Shown piece by piece: positions 58,298-64,000 of a stretch of DNA of 64,000 nt. The stretch comes from Candidatus Latescibacterota bacterium. GTDB taxonomy: Bacteria > Latescibacterota > UBA2968 > UBA8231. The stretch lies in NCBI GenBank assembly GCA_965203355.1, contig OZ241889.1, positions 2,688,001 to 2,752,000 of the forward strand. The letters run 5' to 3'. The translations under genes were made by a program, and so were the position numbers. A model generated the notes under the pieces. It had not been told where the DNA came from, made no database searches, and worked only from the letters and a program-made list of their open reading frames with translations. Positions within the stretch are counted from its first letter, which is position 1. The number at the start of each line of letters is the position of its first letter.

Positions 58298-59707
58298 TTA
58301 ATGAATGACGATCATTTTGGTTTCGGTCATTTCCTCTACCGCATATCGCGGGCCTTCTTTGCCCATGCCGCTTTCCTTTAGGCCGCCGTAGGGCATCAGA
58401 TCCGCACGCCACTGAGTGCCCCAGTTGATGTGGATATTGCCCGATTCCACTTGCTGGGCAAACTGGAGAGCCCAGTTGAGGTTCTCGGTAAAAATTGCGG
58501 CGCTGAGACCGTAGTTGGTGTCGTTGGCCATGGCGATGGCTTGGTCGATATCGTCGATTCGACTGACGCCGAGTGCCGGACCAAAAATCTCATCGCAAGA
58601 GACCTTCATCTCCGGTGCTACATCGGCTAGAATGGTCGGGGCATGCATCGTGCCCTCGCGGATTCCGCCCGTGACGATGCTAGCCCCAGCCCCAACGGCT
58701 TCTCGGACCCAAGCTTCGACGCGCTCGGCGTCTTGGATGCGGATCATGGGCCCCATCTTGACATTTTCATCGAGGGGATTGCCGGTCGTCAGGGCTTCGA
58801 CCGCGGGTTTGAGGGCGTCGATAAAATCTCCATACACTTCGCTGCTGGCGAATACTCGCTGAGTCGAAATACAGACTTGGCCCGCGTTGGCAAAGCCGGT
58901 ATTGGCGGTGGCGGCAGCGACCTTTTCGAGATCGGCGTCCGGCATGACAATCAGCGGAGAATTGGAACCCAACTCCATCGTCACTTTCTTCAGGCCAGCG
59001 ACTTGACAGATGTGTTCGCCGACATCGCGGCTGCCCGTGAAGCTGATTTTGCGAACCTTGGGATTGGAACTGATCGCGTCGCCAATGACGCCGCCCGAAC
59101 CCGTGACGCACTGAATGGCTTCCGCTGGCAGGCCCGCGTCGACAAAAATTTCGGTTAGTTTGAGGGCCGAAAGCGGGGTGTCGCTGGCGGGTTTGATGAT
59201 GATCGAATTCCCCGCAGCCAGTGCCGGGCCCACTTTGTGGCAGACGAGATTGAGTGGGAAGTTAAAGGGCGTAATGGCGGCTACCACGCCGCAAGGGACC
59301 CGCAGCGTAAAGCCAAATTTGCCCGCCCCGTTAGAGGCCCCGCTCAGATCGAGCGTTTCACCGGTCAGGCGCTTGGCTTCCTCGGCAGACAGGACAATGG
59401 TCTCTTGAGCACGGGACGCTTCGCCCATGCCCTCGGCGAGTATCTTGCCCTCTTCAAGAGTGATAGTGCGCCCTAGGTCGTCGAGCCGCTCTAGCATTAG
59501 ATCGGCTGCGCGATGGATGATCTCGTAGCGCTCATAGGCACTCATTGCGGCCATGACCTTGGCACCGCGCTCGGCCGAGTCAATGGCGCGGTTGACGTCT
59601 GCGGCGTCGCCCCTTGGCACGGTGTCGATGACCGAGCCATCATAGGGATTGACGATGTCCATGGTTTCGACTTTGTCAACCCATTCTCCGGCGATGTACA
59701 TCTTCAT
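58298..59707 (-). CDS. NAD(P)-dependent aldehyde dehydrogenase (lactaldehyde DH-like subfamily)
   Basis: ITPFNFPLNL, KPA, SFTGS, MELGSN, catalytic GQVCIS, EIFGP, PYGGLKESG. Confidence 0.93.
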   Translation of the reverse strand: MKMYIAGEWVDKVETMDIVNPYDGSVIDTVPRGDAADVNRAIDSAERGAKVMAAMSAYERYEIIHRAADLMLERLDDLGRTITLEEGKILAEGMGEASRAQETIVLSAEEAKRLTGETLDLSGASNGAGKFGFTLRVPCGVVAAITPFNFPLNLVCHKVGPALAAGNSIIIKPASDTPLSALKLTEIFVDAGLPAEAIQCVTGSGGVIGDAISSNPKVRKISFTGSRDVGEHICQVAGLKKVTMELGSNSPLIVMPDADLEKVAAATANTGFANAGQVCISTQRVFASSEVYGDFIDALKPAVEALTTGNPLDENVKMGPMIRIQDAERVEAWVREAVGAGASIVTGGIREGTMHAPTILADVAPEMKVSCDEIFGPALGVSRIDDIDQAIAMANDTNYGLSAAIFTENLNWALQFAQQVESGNIHINWGTQWRADLMPYGGLKESGMGKEGPRYAVEEMTETKMIVIH

Positions 59708-59784
59708 GGTTAAATTCCTTTTTGAGGTGGTGGTAGTAGTCAACAAGTTAAGTGTGCGCTTCTACCTGTCAAGCGAGTCTAGGA

Positions 59785-61227
59785 TTAGATGCCTAAGCGA
59801 TTTTCATAGGACAAGGGGCGTCCCTCGGCATTGAGTAAGGGCTGCGGCGGGGCCTTCTTTTGAGTTAGCAAGCTGACGATTACTAGGGCAAGAGCGGAAA
59901 AGGGCACAGCCAAAAGGTCGGCTGGCAAATCTGCGGGGAGCATCCTCAGTACCTGCCAAGCGCACAGGCCAACTCCTATAGCGGCTAAGGCCCCAGGACC
60001 GTTGCTCTTGGGCCACCACAAGCCAGCAGTTAGCGGGACGAATAGCGAGGCGAGGAGCACGGACCAAGAATTAACCATCAAGTCGTAAACTGAAGCAGTC
60101 TGTAGGGCCAATAGTAGCGATAGTGCGCCCAACAGGAGGACGGACAAGCGCGTCAGGCGTAGCGAGGACCGCTCTTCGGCATCGGGCTTGAAGTAGCGCA
60201 GGATATCCCAGCCAATGACACTCGCTGGAGCGAGCAGGGCACTGTCGGCACTGGATAGGAGGGCCGAGACGAGGGCACCCATAAAGAGCACCAAGGCCAG
60301 ATCTGGAAGGTATTTTAATGCGAGAGCCATCATTACCAGATCGGGGTCGGCCAAATCCGGGAGGACGACCGCACCCGCCATGCCGAGAAAAACGGGCAAC
60401 AGCCCGACTGTTATATAGAGCAGCCCCGCGAGATAAGCGCTGCGGTAAGCCACTTTTTCGTCGCGGCTTGAAAGGCTGCGCTGGATTAGATCTTGGCCCG
60501 CTAGGTTGCCAAGGCCAATGACCAGCCAGTCGCGTACATAGGCCAACCAACTGGCCGCGTCGTCGCGAGGATAAAAATCAAAGCGAGAAGATGGGATTTG
60601 AGCGACGAGGGCCTTCCAGCCGCCCATGTCGTCGAAGAGGATTGGCGTTAAAATAAACAACCCGAGCACGAGGATCGTCACTTGGACGAAATCGGTCAGC
60701 GTGACGGCCCACATGCCACCGGCCCAAGTGTAAATCAGCACGATGGCTGCGGCTACACAGATGCCAACAGTGGGAGCAATGCCGGTCAGTATCTGCAAGA
60801 TCCGCCCAAAGGCCACCAAGAGCGAACCAGTCCAGCCGACATAGGCGGGAATGGTGCAAAGGCTGGCCAGCAGGCCCGCCTGCGGGCCGAAGCGGCTGCT
60901 AAAAAAGGATGAGATCGTCATCAAGCCCATGCGTCGCATCAGTCGCACGTAAAAGAGGCCGGCGATGAACAGGCACAAAGCCGCGCCAAAAGGGTCGGCA
61001 ATGACCGCGAGGATACCGCCCTTGTATGCAGCACTGGCAGCGCCAATGCAGATTCCACCACCAAACCACGTCGCAGCGAGAGTGGCGGTGCATAGCAACA
61101 GGGGCAGACGTTGACCGGCAACGATGAAATCGGTCGAGTTTTTGACGCGGCGACCCGCGTATAGGCCAACGCCGAGCATGGCCGCGAGATAGACAACCAA
61201 GCCGAGCAAGACCAATGGATTGGCCAT
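59785..61227 (-). CDS. Sodium:solute symporter (choline-transporter-like SSS subfamily)
   Basis: DFIVAGQ.L, ATWFGG, YTWAGGMWAV.LTDFVQ, QDLIQR.LS, SA.LSSADSALL. Start at MANPL after AAAGGA. Confidence 0.9.
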   Translation of the reverse strand: MANPLVLLGLVVYLAAMLGVGLYAGRRVKNSTDFIVAGQRLPLLLCTATLAATWFGGGICIGAASAAYKGGILAVIADPFGAALCLFIAGLFYVRLMRRMGLMTISSFFSSRFGPQAGLLASLCTIPAYVGWTGSLLVAFGRILQILTGIAPTVGICVAAAIVLIYTWAGGMWAVTLTDFVQVTILVLGLFILTPILFDDMGGWKALVAQIPSSRFDFYPRDDAASWLAYVRDWLVIGLGNLAGQDLIQRSLSSRDEKVAYRSAYLAGLLYITVGLLPVFLGMAGAVVLPDLADPDLVMMALALKYLPDLALVLFMGALVSALLSSADSALLAPASVIGWDILRYFKPDAEERSSLRLTRLSVLLLGALSLLLALQTASVYDLMVNSWSVLLASLFVPLTAGLWWPKSNGPGALAAIGVGLCAWQVLRMLPADLPADLLAVPFSALALVIVSLLTQKKAPPQPLLNAEGRPLSYENRLGI

Positions 61228-61383
61228 GGCAAGATCCTTTTTGAAGATTATAATAACTAAAGGAGTGAAAATGGCCAACGACGCCACCCAAGTGGCGAAT
61301 CTGACCATTAAAATGTAATAAGTCGCTCTATATTTTTATCGTAATACATTGATTTATAATAAATTATGAGTATTGTGAAATCT

Positions 61384-61399
61384 TGGCACGGCCCTTGCA
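61384..61399 (+). promoter_or_regulatory. Sigma54 (-24/-12) promoter of the pspA operon
   Basis: TGGCAC-GGCCC-TTGCA, consensus spacing, 50 bp upstream of pspA and preceded by an AT-rich tract. Confidence 0.8.
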
Positions 61400-61449
61400 A
61401 GGTCAGGAACAGTGAATGATACAATCCACTTAACCAAGGAAGGTGTACG

Positions 61450-62124
61450 ATGGCTAAAGGAGCCTTAGGAAGGATAAGGGATATTCTCAAATCCAATATC
61501 AACGAGATGCTTGACCGAGCCGAAGAGCCGGACAAGATGATCCGTCAGATGGTACGAGACATGGAAGAGGCGGTCGGCAAGGCCACGGCCTCGGTAGGGA
61601 CGGCTGTGGCCAACCACAAGCGGCTCGAACGCCAGTTCAACGACAAGCAAAGTCAGGTCACCGAATGGCAACGCAAGGCTGAAAGGGCCGTGGAAGCCGG
61701 CGAGGATGAACTGGCACGCCGGGCGTTGGAGCGCAAGGCGGTGTTTGCTAAAGCTGCTGAGGATTTGGCTCCGGCCGTGGAGGAGAGTCGGCAGACGGCC
61801 GAGCAGTTGCGCGAGCAGTTGCGCGAGCTAAAGACTAAGCTCGAAGAAGCGCGGACCCGGCAGGGCGCATTGGTCGCCCGTCACCAAGCCGCCCAAGCCC
61901 GCAAGCGTTTGGCTCAGAGCATTTCTGGGTTGGGTGAGGATGCATTTTCCAGCTTTGAACGCTTTGAGCAGAAAGTCGCAGAGAGCGAGGCCGAGGCGGC
62001 CGCGCACGTGGAGGTTTCGGGCGAGATGGAAAGCATTGAGAAAGAGATCCGCCAAGTCGAAGTCGATCACAGCGTTGACGATGAATTAAAAGCGCTAAAG
62101 GATAAGATGAAGAAAGACAAGTAA
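61450..62124 (+). CDS. pspA: Phage shock protein A / IM30 family
   Basis: GRIRDILKSNINEMLDRAEEPDKMIRQMVRDME, WQRKAERAV..G.DELARRAL, FERFEQKV, VDDELKALK. Confidence 0.93.
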   Translation: MAKGALGRIRDILKSNINEMLDRAEEPDKMIRQMVRDMEEAVGKATASVGTAVANHKRLERQFNDKQSQVTEWQRKAERAVEAGEDELARRALERKAVFAKAAEDLAPAVEESRQTAEQLREQLRELKTKLEEARTRQGALVARHQAAQARKRLAQSISGLGEDAFSSFERFEQKVAESEAEAAAHVEVSGEMESIEKEIRQVEVDHSVDDELKALKDKMKKDK

Positions 62125-62145
62125 CTCTATGGCTCGCAGTATGTT

Positions 62146-62697
62146 GTGAGATTTACTAAATTCGGGGAACTAATGGCTTTGACAATGAGGTCGCCCGCCG
62201 CGGCAAAAAGCGAGGTAAGAAGTGCTATGGAAGGGGGATTCAAGCGCCTAGGTGCTCTTTTTCTCAAGGTAATGGCCGTGCCGATGGTACCGATAGGGCT
62301 GGGGTTTATGCTCTACGGCCTTTTTCAAATCCTCCATGCCGATGGTCCAGGTTCCCATTTCGAGTTTTTTGCTATTGGCGTCACCCAGACCATTTTCGGC
62401 AGTTTACTCTGGGTACTGGCCAAAAAGCTCGATGCGGCTGCGTACTTGGTCCGCTACCGACAGCGACAAAATCGCGTAGTGCGCCTGGCTCACAAGAGAA
62501 GCGGTCGCCTGACGGCGACCGAAACGGCGGCCGATACTGGGCTGACAGTCGAGGAGGCTTCGGAGATTCTCAAGCACTTGGCCGATCGGGGATTCGTCGA
62601 AGTCGAAATAACCGATTCCGGCCTGATCGTCTATCGCTTTCCCGAAGTGCTTTTCGCGCACGAGAAACACTGGAGCCGGGGTATTGAAAGTGCCTGA
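62146..62697 (+). CDS. Two-TM membrane protein with C-terminal winged-helix-like domain
   Basis: Two hydrophobic helices, then GRLTATETAADTGLTVEEASEILKHL...GLIVYRFP. Start uncertain. Confidence 0.7.
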   Translation: MRFTKFGELMALTMRSPAAAKSEVRSAMEGGFKRLGALFLKVMAVPMVPIGLGFMLYGLFQILHADGPGSHFEFFAIGVTQTIFGSLLWVLAKKLDAAAYLVRYRQRQNRVVRLAHKRSGRLTATETAADTGLTVEEASEILKHLADRGFVEVEITDSGLIVYRFPEVLFAHEKHWSRGIESA

Positions 62698-62734
62698 TAC
62701 AAACAGGCTATAGATTCGGACAGGGAGGGAGCAA

Positions 62735-63016
62735 ATGAATGGGGTTTTGCAGCTCGTTATTGGCGTCTGTTTCATTATCTTGTGCAGTGGATTGGTCAGT
62801 TGGGGCAACAAGTATTATTCGAGCCGCAGGGGACTAAACAAAAAAGCGAAACAAGAAGAGGATCGGATCGTCCAACGACTAGAGCAAGTTGAGCAGCGGC
62901 TGACCGAGGTACAGGATGTCATGATCGCCCTCAGCGAGAAGATTGATCGGCTGGAAGAGAGGGACAGGGCAGAGTCTAAGTCTTGGGAGTGCCGAGAACA
63001 ACGAGAGCAAGGCTAG
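62735..63016 (+). CDS. Small single-TM coiled-coil protein (PspB-like architecture)
   Basis: GGGAG RBS, N-terminal TM, RLEQVEQRLTEVQD coiled coil. Confidence 0.65.
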   Translation: MNGVLQLVIGVCFIILCSGLVSWGNKYYSSRRGLNKKAKQEEDRIVQRLEQVEQRLTEVQDVMIALSEKIDRLEERDRAESKSWECREQREQG

Positions 63017-63019
63017 GCT

Positions 63020-64000
63020 GTGAACTGGCTCGAACGCGCTGTAGAGGCTTGTGAAGGTGCGCGTTGGGCCGAGGCTCTGGACTGGTGCGAGCGCGGTCTA
63101 GCACTGGCACCCGACGACTTAGAGCTTCAGTATCACAAAGGGCTTTGCCTCGTGGAACTGGGGGACGAGCAAATGGCTATCGCCGCGCTGGAGGCGGCCG
63201 CGGCGCGTGGACATCTAGAAAGCCATTACCAACTCGGCTTGCTCGCAATGCGTCAAGGGCGGCGGAACGCCCGGTTCCGCGAGCAGTCCTTGGCGCACTT
63301 TGAGGCCATCGTGCGTGCGACTGAGGAAGGGCGCGAATACCCGGCCCTCGATCGCGTCTTTTTTGCTCTTGGTAGCCAATATAACGAAGATCCACAGCGT
63401 CGCGAGGAAGCCATCCGTGCGTTCCGCCAAGGGCTGGCACTCAACCCCCTTTCCGCGGCTGGCCACAACAGCTTGGGCCAGGTTTTGTTGCAAGGTGGCC
63501 AAGTGTTGGGGGCGATGGGGGAATTCAAGGTCGCCATCCAATTGGATCCCAAACTCAGTCAACCCTATGCGAATTTGGCCCGTTTGTTTTTTCGCCACGT
63601 AAAACCCCCTGAATTAGAACAAGAATACCAGCACATCTGCGAAGAATTCGCGCAAAGTGCGTCGCAAGTCATCGCGCGTCTGTCGCTGGAAATGGTCGAA
63701 TTGGGGAAGGAACAGGTGTACGAGGGGTTTTACACGAAGGGACATCGGATCAAAAACCTGATGGGGATCATCGGTAGTCGCTTGCGCGGGCTGGGGCGCA
63801 AGGCCGAAGGGGAGCAGCGGGGGGAGTTGGACCGCTTAGGAGGCGAATACGAGGCTCTGTACGATGAATGGGTGGGATTCTTGGAAGCGATGAAAACGGA
63901 TAGAATCCATCCGGTGGTGACTGATCTCGGGCGCTTGGTGCGCCGGGTGGCCGCCGGATTTGACCACCAAACTTGGAAATCCGCGATCCAGGCGCGGGTC
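63020..64000 (+). CDS. TPR-repeat protein with histidine-kinase H-box (truncated by window end)
   Basis: Absent from the ORF track because it has no stop in the window. GTG 63020 opens MNWLERAVEACE.... TPRs (YHKGLCL, HYQLGLL, GHNSLGQ), then in-frame KGHRIKNLMG H-box-like motif near 63737. Confidence 0.7.
   Translation, partial: MNWLERAVEACEGARWAEALDWCERGLALAPDDLELQYHKGLCLVELGDEQMAIAALEAAAARGHLESHYQLGLLAMRQGRRNARFREQSLAHFEAIVRATEEGREYPALDRVFFALGSQYNEDPQRREEAIRAFRQGLALNPLSAAGHNSLGQVLLQGGQVLGAMGEFKVAIQLDPKLSQPYANLARLFFRHVKPPELEQEYQHICEEFAQSASQVIARLSLEMVELGKEQVYEGFYTKGHRIKNLMGIIGSRLRGLGRKAEGEQRGELDRLGGEYEALYDEWVGFLEAMKTDRIHPVVTDLGRLVRRVAAGFDHQTWKSAIQARV

Noticed and set aside
61801-61828. GAGCAGTTGCGC tandem repeat in pspA
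   Set aside because: In-frame EQLR-EQLR coiled-coil coding; too short to imply a switch.

Overview
GC-rich bacterial chromosomal window. The gene content suggests an FCB-group lineage such as Latescibacterota/Handelsmanbacteria; this is inferred from the expanded secreted proteins with FlgD/T9SS-like C-terminal domains, not from a marker gene. 1-23 kb is a cell-surface cluster: TPR proteins, three CRTAC1/ASPIC-UnbV FG-GAP proteins, a double-parvulin lipoprotein, three paralogous secreted proteins with TPNGDGVND...AY tails, a His-rich membrane protein fused to TPRs, and two tandem sorbosone-dehydrogenase-like beta-propellers, one carrying a diheme cytochrome c module. A stand-alone fused restriction-modification enzyme follows, then miaB-mtaB-pcrA and mltG. 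The most unusual locus is 33.2-39.8 kb. It holds a 1873-aa multi-repeat surface protein with lower-GC N-terminal segments, preceded by a G13 tract, a 9-7-9 palindrome and a 7-bp repeat array, and bracketed by two degenerate copies of a ~128-bp MITE-like element. Together these look like a mobile, possibly phase-variable adhesin/S-layer cassette. The remainder carries an ABC-2 exporter, DUF420, tRNA-Thr(CGT), an orphan ftsA, ssb, eno, a Wzi-GT2-radical SAM-GT2-nth operon, a UspA-PTS EIIA fusion, a cytochrome P450 relic, an amidohydrolase/D-amino-acid aminotransferase/ALDH/SSS cluster, and a sigma54-type pspA operon followed by a truncated TPR histidine kinase. No CRISPR array, rRNA, transposase or integrase was seen.
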